53,401 nt of DNA from Pseudomonadota bacterium (GCA_043809315.1 JAZDDX010000022.1:1-53401); one strand, 5' to 3'; positions 9,023-20,559 are shown, counted from the stretch's first letter. The notes: generated by a model not told the origin, from the letters alone. Made by a program: numbers and translations.

Positions 9023-11215
9023 ATGCGCTCGCTTTCCGGTCTTAACCCGCAACAAGTCGAAGCGGTCCGCTTCGTCGACGGCCATCTCTTGGTCGTGGCG
9101 GGGGCCGGCTCGGGAAAAACGCGCGTTCTCACGCATAAGATCGCCTATTTGATCGAGGAGTGCTCCGTCCGCCCTAGCGAAATTTGCGCCGTCACCTTCA
9201 CCAACAAAGCAGCCGGCGAGATGAAAGAGCGGATCCGAACGCTTCTCCCCTCGTTCGAACAACCACAATGGGTCGGAACCTTCCACTCGGTCTGCCTCCG
9301 GATCCTGAAAGAGTTCCACGCCGAGGCGGGGCTCCCGCCGCTTTTCACGGTCTACGACGAATCGGACCAGCTCTCAGCCATGAAACGGGCGCTCTCCGAC
9401 CTGAATTACGATCCCAAACAGCTCCCTCCGAAAGTCATTCGCTACCATATCGACCGGGCCAAGAACGAAACGTACGACGTCCTTCCGTATCTCAAAGAGG
9501 GGAACGCACTCACGCAAAAGGGGCTGGAGGTTGCCAAACGGTACGGTGAAGTGCTGGCGCAGAATCAGGCGCTCGACTTCGGGGACCTGCTCACGCGAGT
9601 CGTCCGGCTTCTCCACGAAAACCGACCGGTCGCTGAAACCCTCAGGCGGCGTTGGAAAAGGCTCCTGATCGACGAGTACCAAGACACCAACAAGATCCAA
9701 AAAGAGCTCGTCCGGGAACTCGCGGGGACCAGCGGCATCGTCTGTGCCGTTGGGGACGAGGACCAGTCGATCTACTCCTGGCGCGGGGCGCGAGTCGAGA
9801 ACATGCTGGAGTTCTCGACCGACTTCCCGAACGCCCGCCTCGTCAAACTCGAGCAGAACTACCGCTCTACGAAGAAGATCCTCCAGACCGCGAATCACGT
9901 GATCAGCCACAACATCGGCCGGCGCGCAAAGACCCTCTGGACCGAGAACGGCGATGGGAGCGAGGCCCTCTTCTTCCATGCCGAGGACGACCACCGCGAG
10001 GCCTCGTTCGTTCTCGATCGGGTGCAGGAGCTTCTCCGCCCCGGAACAATCCACGCCCGCGACATCGCCCTCTTCTACCGGACGCACGTCCAGTCGCGCC
10101 TTCTGGAAGAGGAATGTCGCCGCCGCGACCTCCCGTACCGGATCTTTGGTGGAACCAAGTTCTACGAGCGGGCGGAGATCAAAGATTCATTCGCCTATCT
10201 CAAACTGATCGTCAACCCCTCCGACGATGTCGCGTTCGAGCGGGCGATCAAAACCCCGTCGCGGGGGATCGGAGCGAAGACCGTCGAAAATCTTCGCCTG
10301 ACCGCCGAACAGCTGAGGGTCCCGGCTCTCTCCGCAGTCCCTCGATTTCAAGGCCATGGAAAATCATCTCGAGCTTTAAGCTCGTTCTATACTTGGTTCA
10401 CTAAACTCGCCGCCGAACGCCATGACATCGGTCTTCCCGACCTCATGGAACGGATCCTCGACGAATCGGGGTATATCTCGGCGCTCGAGGAGGAGAAGAC
10501 GGTCGAGACGGAGTCACGCCTCGAGAACTTGCAGGAGCTTCTCCGCTCGATGCAGGAGTTCTCGGAGGAAACGAACGAAGGGGTCGAGGGGTACCTCGAC
10601 CGGATCTCGCTGATCGCCGACACCGACAGCTACGACCCGCAGGCCGATACGATTGTCCTGATGACGATGCACAACGCGAAGGGGTTGGAGTTCGACCGGG
10701 TCTTCATCGTCGGGATGGAGGAAGGGATCTTCCCGCACCAGCGTTCGCTGGAGGACGGGGATCTCGAGGGGATCGAGGAGGAGCGCCGACTCTGTTACGT
10801 CGCGATGACGAGAGCCCGCAAAGAGCTGACGTTGACCGGCGCCGCCCGCCGCCGCCTCTACCAGTCCACCCAGTACAACCCGGTCTCCCGCTTCATCAGC
10901 GAGATCCCCGCAAACCTGCTCGTTCAAATGGAGGATCCGCTTCTGGGAGGGGCCAGTCATCTGATGAAGCGAAAGGGGCATTTCGCACGTGACACGTACG
11001 ACGAGTACCGCCAATATTCGTATGATGAAGAAGCCGGGACGAAGGGGACCCCGTATCGCCCAGGGGCTCGGGTGCTTCATCCCGACTTCGGAATCGGGAC
11101 GATCCGGAAGTGTGAAGGGAGACCGGACAACTTGAAGCTGACCGTTCACTTCCAGGCCGGCGGCACGCGGAAGCTCCTTCTGAATTACTGCACCCTCGAG
11201 GTGGTGGACCGATGA
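9023..11215 (+). CDS. uvrD: UvrD/PcrA superfamily 1 DNA helicase
   Basis: LNPQQVEAV, AGAGSGKTRVLT, IDEYQDTN, LEQNYRST, MTMHNAKGLEF, EEERRLCYVAMTRA and a C-terminal Tudor-like V.HP.FG.G. Start ATG 9023. Confidence 0.95.
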   Translation: MRSLSGLNPQQVEAVRFVDGHLLVVAGAGSGKTRVLTHKIAYLIEECSVRPSEICAVTFTNKAAGEMKERIRTLLPSFEQPQWVGTFHSVCLRILKEFHAEAGLPPLFTVYDESDQLSAMKRALSDLNYDPKQLPPKVIRYHIDRAKNETYDVLPYLKEGNALTQKGLEVAKRYGEVLAQNQALDFGDLLTRVVRLLHENRPVAETLRRRWKRLLIDEYQDTNKIQKELVRELAGTSGIVCAVGDEDQSIYSWRGARVENMLEFSTDFPNARLVKLEQNYRSTKKILQTANHVISHNIGRRAKTLWTENGDGSEALFFHAEDDHREASFVLDRVQELLRPGTIHARDIALFYRTHVQSRLLEEECRRRDLPYRIFGGTKFYERAEIKDSFAYLKLIVNPSDDVAFERAIKTPSRGIGAKTVENLRLTAEQLRVPALSAVPRFQGHGKSSRALSSFYTWFTKLAAERHDIGLPDLMERILDESGYISALEEEKTVETESRLENLQELLRSMQEFSEETNEGVEGYLDRISLIADTDSYDPQADTIVLMTMHNAKGLEFDRVFIVGMEEGIFPHQRSLEDGDLEGIEEERRLCYVAMTRARKELTLTGAARRRLYQSTQYNPVSRFISEIPANLLVQMEDPLLGGASHLMKRKGHFARDTYDEYRQYSYDEEAGTKGTPYRPGARVLHPDFGIGTIRKCEGRPDNLKLTVHFQAGGTRKLLLNYCTLEVVDR

Positions 11216-11886
11216 GCCCCGAGGCGGTTTGCGGAGCGTGCGGCTACCGGGTCTCCTCTCAAGCAGCCGATCGTCTAGCTTCCTGTCCCCGATGCGGCAC
11301 ACCTCTCGCGCCTACCCCACCGAAGCCCGCGGACGATCCGAAACGGAATCTTCCTCCCCCCGGAGATCTTTCGGATCTCGAATTTTCCGATAGCGAGGCC
11401 GGCTTTCTGATCGAGGACGACGTGCGGAAGACACGTCCCCGTCCCAAAGACGAGAAAGAAACCACCGATCGCCAGTCGAAGGATCGCCAAGCGGAGAAGC
11501 TGGCGGTCCAGGAACATCTGGCTTCCGTCTCAAAAACCCCCCCGCCGAGATTGGTCCCCGGCGGCGCGCCATGGGCGAAGGTCGAGAGCGCCACGAAGGC
11601 GGACGTGCCGCAACGCCGTTCCTCTTCTCCCCGCCTTCTTTCTACGTTCGGACCCGTTCTGTTGGTCTGCGCTCTGTTTCTCGGCTGGGTCGTCTACGAT
11701 CGCTCCGTCCGCGTTCCGCCTCTGTCCAAGCCCTCGTCAGCAGACGAACTCGTGACCGATGCCGTCGTCTATCTCCGAAAGGGGGACCGAAAGGCCGCCC
11801 GGGATTTGCTGCAACAGGCGATTGCGAAAGATCCGAACTCTCGCGTGGCCCGGGAACTGGCCGCGCTTCTTCAAAGCTGGCGATGA
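11212..11886 (+). CDS. Membrane protein: N-terminal zinc ribbon, disordered linker, one TM helix, C-terminal TPR
   Basis: CGAC...CPRC; TM FGPVLLVCALFLGWVVY; TPR-like AVVYLRKGDRKAARDLLQQAIAKDPNS. ATGA overlaps with both neighbours. Confidence 0.7.
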   Translation: MSPEAVCGACGYRVSSQAADRLASCPRCGTPLAPTPPKPADDPKRNLPPPGDLSDLEFSDSEAGFLIEDDVRKTRPRPKDEKETTDRQSKDRQAEKLAVQEHLASVSKTPPPRLVPGGAPWAKVESATKADVPQRRSSSPRLLSTFGPVLLVCALFLGWVVYDRSVRVPPLSKPSSADELVTDAVVYLRKGDRKAARDLLQQAIAKDPNSRVARELAALLQSWR

Positions 11887-12977
11887 GCCTCACCTGCGGC
11901 ATCGTCGGTCTTCCGAACGTCGGGAAATCGACCCTTTTCAACGCCCTAACCTCCGCACAGGTTCCGGCATCGAATTTCCCGTTCTGCACGATCGATCCGA
12001 ACATCGGGATCGTCCCGGTGCCGGACGGGCGTCTCGATAAGATCTCCGCGATCGTGAAGCCGCCGAAGACGACGCACACGACGATCGAGTTCGTCGACAT
12101 CGCCGGGTTGGTCGGGGGGGCAAGCAAGGGGGAAGGGCTCGGGAACAAGTTTCTCGGTCATATCCGCGAGGTGAAGGCGATCGTGGAGATCGTCCGCTGC
12201 TTCGACGACCCGAACGTCGTTCATGTCGACGGAGGAGTCGATCCGAAACGGGATATCGAGACGATTCATACTGAGTTGTGTCTCGCCGATCTGGAAACTG
12301 CGACGCATGCGGCGGAAAGAGCGAAGACGCAGGCGAAGTCGGGAGACAAGACGCATCTTGCGAAAGCTCATCTTTTCGAGCGGGTGCGGGATGAACTGGC
12401 GAAAGGGATCCCGGCGCGCGCGATCCGGTTCGATTTCGAGGAGTCGTTGGCCGTTCGGGAGCTTCATCTCTTGACCGCCAAGCCGATTCTTTACGTCTGT
12501 AACGTGGACGAAGGGCAATTGGGGAAGGTAAACCCCCTGCGGGGGATCGTCGAAGAGATCGCAAGGAAAGAGGGGAGCGAGGCGGTTGAGATCGCGGCGA
12601 AGGTGGAGGCGGAGCTCACGGAACTGGCTCCAGAGGAGCGGCAGGTGTTTCTGGCCGATTTTGGCCTCGCGGAGACCGGGCTGATCCGCCTGATTCACGC
12701 GGCGTACCGACTCCTGAACCTGATCACATTTTTCACGACCCAGGGGCCGGAATGCAGGGCTTGGACCGTTGTCTCCGGCACGAAAGCGCCGCAGGCGGCC
12801 GGGACGATTCACACCGATTTCGAGCGCGGCTTCATCTCCGCGGAGATCTATCCGTGCGAGGAGCTGTTCAAACACGTCACCGAGGCGAACCTGCGGCACA
12901 AAGGGATCATGCGCCTGGAAGGGAAAGAGTACGTCCTGCGCGACGGTGACATCGCGCACTTCCGGTTCAACGTTTAG
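11883..12977 (+). CDS. ychF: Redox-regulated ATPase YchF (Obg family)
   Basis: GIVGLPNVGKSTLFNALT, NFPFCTIDPN, DIAGLV.GASKGEGLGNKFL and C-terminal FRFNV. Start ATG 11883. Confidence 0.97.
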   Translation: MSLTCGIVGLPNVGKSTLFNALTSAQVPASNFPFCTIDPNIGIVPVPDGRLDKISAIVKPPKTTHTTIEFVDIAGLVGGASKGEGLGNKFLGHIREVKAIVEIVRCFDDPNVVHVDGGVDPKRDIETIHTELCLADLETATHAAERAKTQAKSGDKTHLAKAHLFERVRDELAKGIPARAIRFDFEESLAVRELHLLTAKPILYVCNVDEGQLGKVNPLRGIVEEIARKEGSEAVEIAAKVEAELTELAPEERQVFLADFGLAETGLIRLIHAAYRLLNLITFFTTQGPECRAWTVVSGTKAPQAAGTIHTDFERGFISAEIYPCEELFKHVTEANLRHKGIMRLEGKEYVLRDGDIAHFRFNV

Positions 12978-14068
12978 AGCTTGTGGTCTAGGTTCACGAT
13001 CAACCCGATCATGACCCCGGTTTTTTTCGACGTGAGAACCACGTAATTGGACGCCTTCAGTTGATCCGTCGGGATATCCCATACAGCGACCGTCTGCGGT
13101 TCTTCTCGATTTGAAAAGATCCAGAATCCGAGAAAGGTGTTGTGCCAAGGTCCCGGTCCCTGACCAACGTACCCGAGAGCCAGTCCTACGGTCACCGTTT
13201 CTCCCGCGTGTGGGGGAACGAAAATCCCCGCCGTTCTGTTCGGATAGGAGATCTGGTTGCTATAGGTTAACGGAACGAGCGCTCTCCGCCCCATAGACGA
13301 GGGGAACCACCAGAGGGGGCGAGAAAGCACTCGACCATTCTTGGTTGCTTCGACCGTTCCGCAGAGTTGTGTTTTGAACGCGGCCGAGTCCCCTTCGGCG
13401 GTCACCGTCCATCCTTCCTGCATCTCGTCGAAGTTGTACGGGCTCAGTGACTTGCACGGGGCAGGAAGCTTGTTGTCATCCAACGCGGCGATGGCAAAAA
13501 GGCCCAGAGCCGTTGCTGGCACTTTCTGTACGGCGCCGTTTGAGTTGATGCGGTTATAGTTCTCGGGATCATCCGCCGGGTGTGCATTGCCGTCGGCATC
13601 GACATACAACTGGCTTTTTCCAAAACGAACGAACGTATCGATCAGCAGGTCACGGGATTCTTTTTTCAGCTGGTACGCCCCGGCATATTTACTTCCCTTT
13701 TTTATGAGGTCGTCACGTACCCCTTGCACATCGACACGATTAACGTCGGATGGACCATACACCGGCATTTCAGCCTCGATGGCGGAGGCGGCGGTTTCCG
13801 GATTCAGGTATCTCACCGAGCGAGGAGATCTAATCCATTCCGCTCGGTCCGCCCGACTTGTGACCCATAGGATCGGCCCCGGATACCCGATATGCAGATG
13901 ATCTTGAGCGTCCCAGGAAAGAGCGGACTGGTTTCCGGGACAAACTAGTGAGTTCTCCACGAACGGTCCGGACGGGCCCTCGATCACCACTGGTCCCTGT
14001 GCCTGTGCAACACCGGTGATCCAGCTCGTGATGAGACTTAGTGCAATGAAGGCGGTTCTCTTCTTCAC
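12974..14068 (-). CDS. Secreted protein of unknown family (paralog A), 364 aa
   Basis: Signal peptide ending AQA|Q; homologous over its length to 15019-16014. Upstream TTGACG (14111-14106), 17 nt, TATATC (14088-14083). Confidence 0.75.
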   Translation of the reverse strand: MKKRTAFIALSLITSWITGVAQAQGPVVIEGPSGPFVENSLVCPGNQSALSWDAQDHLHIGYPGPILWVTSRADRAEWIRSPRSVRYLNPETAASAIEAEMPVYGPSDVNRVDVQGVRDDLIKKGSKYAGAYQLKKESRDLLIDTFVRFGKSQLYVDADGNAHPADDPENYNRINSNGAVQKVPATALGLFAIAALDDNKLPAPCKSLSPYNFDEMQEGWTVTAEGDSAAFKTQLCGTVEATKNGRVLSRPLWWFPSSMGRRALVPLTYSNQISYPNRTAGIFVPPHAGETVTVGLALGYVGQGPGPWHNTFLGFWIFSNREEPQTVAVWDIPTDQLKASNYVVLTSKKTGVMIGLIVNLDHKL

Positions 14069-14130
14069 AAATGACTCGGTGCGATATATCGCGATGCTCG
14101 ATTCACGTCAATGGGAGCTAACTTGTTTAT

Positions 14131-14832
14131 TTAACGTCCCTTTTCTAGATATGTCTGACGTTCGCTTTCCGAAAATCGTTCGATCGCATACCGAAGCATC
14201 GTTCTCGGCATCCGGTGCGCATGTCGATCCAGAAACCGTTCCAAGACGGGACGATTCCGTTTTCCAACCTCGCGAAGCATCCAACCGACTGCTTTGTGAA
14301 TCAGGTCTTCGCGATCGTTCAGAAGTGTTCGTGAGATCCGGAGCGTTTCGCTGAATCTCCCTTGTCCGATGAAGTACGCCGTCGAAACGATCGCGATCCG
14401 TCGCTCCCACAGATTTCGTGAGCGAACCCACCGTTGGATCGGCACTCTCCCCCCTTCGAGCCAGATCGGTCCCACGATCCGCGGTGCGGTCAGATCAACG
14501 AGATCCCAATTGTTGATCGCTCGGAGATTCCGGACATAGAAATCGTAGATCCTCTTCCGATCGATCTTCGATCCGTGTTGAAATTGAAGAACGAGAATCA
14601 TCAAAGCGAAGAGACGCTCTTCGTGCAACGGGGAAGCGAGAAAAGACCTGAGGGAGGAAAAGCTAAGATCGCAGTGCTTCTTCGCGAGCGCGCGGAGCCT
14701 CGGAACGGTGATCCCGAGAAACCGGTCCCCTTCCCCGTATTCGCCGGGCCCGGTCTTAAAGAACCGCTGGGAATTCTTCGCTCTTCCCGGATCCGCCAAC
14801 TCCCTGAGTTCTTTTCGGGGGACACAATACAT
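14131..14832 (-). CDS. alkD: DNA alkylation repair protein (AlkD-like HEAT-repeat family)
   Basis: RFFKTGPGEYGEGDRFLG, INNWDLVD, DLIHKAVGWMLREVGKR and MPRTMLRYAIERF motifs. Start ATG 14832; the longer track ORF to 15237 is an overrun. Confidence 0.88.
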   Translation of the reverse strand: MYCVPRKELRELADPGRAKNSQRFFKTGPGEYGEGDRFLGITVPRLRALAKKHCDLSFSSLRSFLASPLHEERLFALMILVLQFQHGSKIDRKRIYDFYVRNLRAINNWDLVDLTAPRIVGPIWLEGGRVPIQRWVRSRNLWERRIAIVSTAYFIGQGRFSETLRISRTLLNDREDLIHKAVGWMLREVGKRNRPVLERFLDRHAHRMPRTMLRYAIERFSESERQTYLEKGR

Positions 14833-14876
14833 ATTTCCCTTCAATCTCCCTCCAAATGCGTATTGTGTCCCCGGAA
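14814..14876. repeat. REP-like inverted repeat (23-bp arms, 17-nt spacer)
   Basis: Left arm TTCGGGGGACACAATACATATTT (14814-14836), right arm AAATGCGTATTGTGTCCCCGGAA (14854-14876); 20/23 complementary. Confidence 0.8.
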
Positions 14877-14927
14877 TATCGCAGTGGAGCCGGATAGCGC
14901 CGATCCTCAACCGGAAACCCCCAATAA

Positions 14928-14970
14928 AATCAACCAGCTGGTGACGCCTTGCGTTGGTACGCTCGTTGCT
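14928..14970 (+). promoter_or_regulatory. Sigma54 (-24/-12) promoter with upstream IHF-like site
   Basis: TGGTACG-CTCG-TTGCT (14955-14970) is 1 mismatch from TGGCACG-N4-TTGCW. AATCAA-CCAG-CTG (14928-14940) is 1 mismatch from WATCAA-N4-TTR. Confidence 0.65.
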
Positions 14971-15018
14971 GTAAATACTTCGGCGCCGAGATCTTTTTCC
15001 TAAGCCCGGGAGTCGAAA

Positions 15019-16014
15019 ATGAAGAGATCTTCTCAAATCATTTCCGCGTGTCTCTTGGTGGGATTTCCATTGTTCAGTGCGTATGCGCAGAAGATCGCGG
15101 TGCCGGGCATCTCTCAATGCATCTCCGGGACGGACTGCGTGTGGAAGGGGAACACGAGCCATCTGTTGGTCAAGCAGAACGGCCACCTCGTGAACAATGA
15201 AAACAGGACTGGACTGTGGGCTCAGGCCATTCAACAATTAGGTGAGTCGTCCGTTCTGACGGAGGTCAAGGCGGCATCGAACAACGATCTGACCGAAGTG
15301 AACCAGGCGTACGATTTGTCCCAAGACGTTCCAGCACCGATCACAGTCAATAACCGAGCCATCTCCACGAAACCCGGCATGGAGTCGGATATGGCGAAGA
15401 CCGGCTCATCTCTCTACATCGAAATGTTTGCGAATCTGAATAACATTCAGACCGTCATGAACATCGATAAATCGGGTGCGACTACGCCGTTTGCCTTCGA
15501 CGATCCTGAGATGGGAACATGGCAGGATCCTGCGGGGAAGGATAGCCGGCTCTCGGCCACCTAGTTCGGCTTTTTCCATCTCGTGATCCTCAATGGCTCG
15601 ATTCCGGCCGTCGACAACAATTACGAAAAGATCCACGACCTTCTCTACAAGGAACTTCCGTCCGAGGCCAAGCACGTCACCATTCCCGGCACCATGGTTT
15701 GCACGAAAAGGAAGCAGGTGGAGGGATCAAGAACGCGTGTCTATATGGACGCCACCTGTTCGGCACAACTCACGTACGGCAACAGCCTCGGCATCGACCT
15801 GCCGGATCCGAATGGCGAGGCCACGATCAGCATCCTTTTGATTCGGTCTTATTTCCAAAAGAGCATCCAGAAATGGGAACACGCGCCGGTTGCGATCTGG
15901 TCCGGAATTCCAAGGGCCAAACTCACAGATAAATACCTATTGTTAACGAGCAAAGAACCGTATTCGAGACTCTTCATCGGGCTGACAAGACATCCCGTTA
16001 AGATCACGCCTTAA
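15019..16014 (+). pseudogene. Secreted protein of unknown family (paralog B), 331 codons, interrupted by one in-frame TAG at 15562-15564
   Basis: Track ORFs 15019-15564 and 15583-16014 are in the same frame. Homology to paralog A runs straight across the stop (VPATALGLF vs LSAT*FGFF). Signal peptide AYA|Q; GGGAG SD. Confidence 0.75.
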
Positions 16015-16023
16015 GAGCCGCTG

Positions 16024-16045
16024 AAATGCGTATTGTGTCCCCCGA
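16024..16045. repeat. Single copy of the REP-like motif, directly after the secA stop
   Basis: AAATGCGTATTGTGTCCCC (16024-16042) is identical to 14854-14872. Confidence 0.8.
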
Positions 16046-18667
<2,622 letters not shown>

Positions 18668-18697
18668 GGAGAGTACTTCGCGACGAAACGCCCGTCG

Positions 18698-19648
18698 CTA
18701 GTTCAAAATATACCGCGTCGGGTTGACGGGGATCCCGTTCACCCTCACTTCGTAGTGGACGTGGGGACCGGTCGAACGTCCGGTATTCCCGATCGTCGAA
18801 ATCATCTCCCCCCGGTGGATCCGCTGGCCGACCTTCACCTTGATCTCGGAGTTGTGCGCGAACCGGGTCACAATCCCGTACCCGTGGTTGATCGCCACGA
18901 CCTTCCCGTACCCTTCTTCAGTGATGGTGTTCGTCACGACTCCGTCGGCCGGGGCGAAGACCTTCGTCCCTGGAGGAGCGGAGATATCGATCCCTTCGTG
19001 CAGCTGCTTCTCTCCGGTGAACGGGGAGACGCGGTATCCGAAACTCGAAGTAATCCATCCGTGAGCGGGCCAAATCGACGGAGTCGACGAGAGGAGCGAT
19101 TCCTGGTCCTTCAGAAGCTCATACAGCTCCTGGAGACTCTGTTCCTGCAACGAAGCCCGTTTTGTGAGCCCCTCGATCGTCAGCTCCAGCGAGCGGACCT
19201 TGGTGGCGTACTCAAACGGTGCCTCTTTCGGTCCCAGGGAGGCGACCAGGGTCCCCCCCGGATCGGTCTCGTCCCGCAGCATCGCCTGCTCTTCCTCGCT
19301 GGAGATCGGTCCATATCCACCGGCCGATTCCGGGCGATCGACCCGAGCCAGAACCCTCAGTTTCTGTTCGAAATTCTGAATCCGAACCATCGTCGTATCG
19401 GCGGCGGAGACCCGGTTTTGCAGCAGTTGGAGCTGCCCTTCCAGGTAGTTGTTCTTGAGCAGGGCTTGTTCGAATTCCCCCCTCTTTGCGAAATACCGGA
19501 GGGCCAGGAACGAACTGACGACTCCGGTCAGGACCAGTAGTCCCGCAAGCGCAACTCCCCATCGAACCGCCCGAGAAGGGACGATCCACTTCCGGACGCG
19601 GGAGTGCCGTTCCGGGATCACCATGACGGTGAAGAAACGGTTCGACAT
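18698..19648 (-). CDS. M23 family metallopeptidase with N-terminal TM and coiled coil
   Basis: TPSIWPAHGWITSSFGYR, HEGIDI and STGPHVHYEV motifs. Start ATG 19648 (GTG 19675 alternative). Confidence 0.9.
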   Translation of the reverse strand: MSNRFFTVMVIPERHSRVRKWIVPSRAVRWGVALAGLLVLTGVVSSFLALRYFAKRGEFEQALLKNNYLEGQLQLLQNRVSAADTTMVRIQNFEQKLRVLARVDRPESAGGYGPISSEEEQAMLRDETDPGGTLVASLGPKEAPFEYATKVRSLELTIEGLTKRASLQEQSLQELYELLKDQESLLSSTPSIWPAHGWITSSFGYRVSPFTGEKQLHEGIDISAPPGTKVFAPADGVVTNTITEEGYGKVVAINHGYGIVTRFAHNSEIKVKVGQRIHRGEMISTIGNTGRSTGPHVHYEVRVNGIPVNPTRYILN

Positions 19649-19742
19649 CGCTTTTTTGATCGATTCGAGGATCACTTGGGTTCTACCCCCGTGTCACCAC
19701 GGTTCGCCAGACTAGTCAACGGAAATAGATGGTTACCCCTGA

Positions 19743-20522
19743 TCAGAGCTCTTCGACCCGCACCAAAATCAGGGTGATGTTGTCCTCTCCCCCCTGCTGG
19801 TTTGCGTGATCGACCAGGTCGCGGGCCGCCACATCGAGCGTGCTCCGATTCACGAAATCCTGGATCTCCACGTCGGAAACCATGTTCGACAACCCGTCCG
19901 AACAGAGGACGTAGATATCTCCTACCTGGACCTTCCAGACCACCGTGTCGATCTCGACCTCCTCCTGGACGCCGACCGACCGGGTGATGATGTTCTTGAG
20001 CTGGTGGGTCCTAGCCTCCTCCTCGGTGATGAGGCCGCTCTTCAGCTGCTCGTGGACCAGCGAATGGTCTTCGGTGATCTGCGTGATCGTCCCGTTCCGG
20101 ACGCAATAGGCCCGGCTGTCCCCCACATGGGCGATGAACGCCTTGTCGCCGAAAAAGAAGGCGACCGTCGCCGTCGTCCCCATCCCGCGAAGCTCCGGAT
20201 CCTCCGTCGCCCGCTTGGAGATCATGTTCCCGGCCCGGAGGATCGCGTCCCGCAATCGCTCCTGCTCGACGTCGTCATCCCCCCCCGCCGCGACGGAGTC
20301 GAAGTAGGTCTCTTCCGGTACCCCCGCCTTGATCCGGTCTTCCCCTTTGAAGATCTCCTCGACGGTCGAGACGGCGATCTTACTGGCGAACTCCCCGCCG
20401 GCATGCCCCCCCATCCCGTCGGCTACGATGTACAGACGAAGCTTGTCGTTGACTAAATAGCTGTCCTCATTGCGCTGGCGTTTCCGCCCGATGTCCGTAA
20501 TTCCGCAAGAGAAGAGCTTCAT
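19743..20522 (-). CDS. PP2C-type Ser/Thr phosphatase (Stp1/IreP family)
   Basis: TDIGRKRQRNED, VADGMGGHAGGE, GMGTT, HVGDSRAY, LCSDGL and GGEDNIT motifs. Confidence 0.93.
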   Translation of the reverse strand: MKLFSCGITDIGRKRQRNEDSYLVNDKLRLYIVADGMGGHAGGEFASKIAVSTVEEIFKGEDRIKAGVPEETYFDSVAAGGDDDVEQERLRDAILRAGNMISKRATEDPELRGMGTTATVAFFFGDKAFIAHVGDSRAYCVRNGTITQITEDHSLVHEQLKSGLITEEEARTHQLKNIITRSVGVQEEVEIDTVVWKVQVGDIYVLCSDGLSNMVSDVEIQDFVNRSTLDVAARDLVDHANQQGGEDNITLILVRVEEL

Positions 20523-20559
20523 GGAAGAGGGCCGATGATAGCGAACGGTTCCCGGGAGG

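Noticed and set aside
14833-15237. 134-aa N-terminal extension of alkD in the ORF track
   Set aside because: It runs through the repeat, a sigma54 promoter and the antisense of paralog B; family similarity begins only after ATG 14832.
15562-15564. Genome-wide TAG reassignment
   Set aside because: TAG terminates many intact genes here (M23, wzz, wzy, LpxD-like, PIG-L, wbpG).
14814-16045. Repeats as a CRISPR array or IS/MITE termini
   Set aside because: Only three full copies, irregular spacing and mixed orientation; no cas or transposase gene and no target-site duplication seen.
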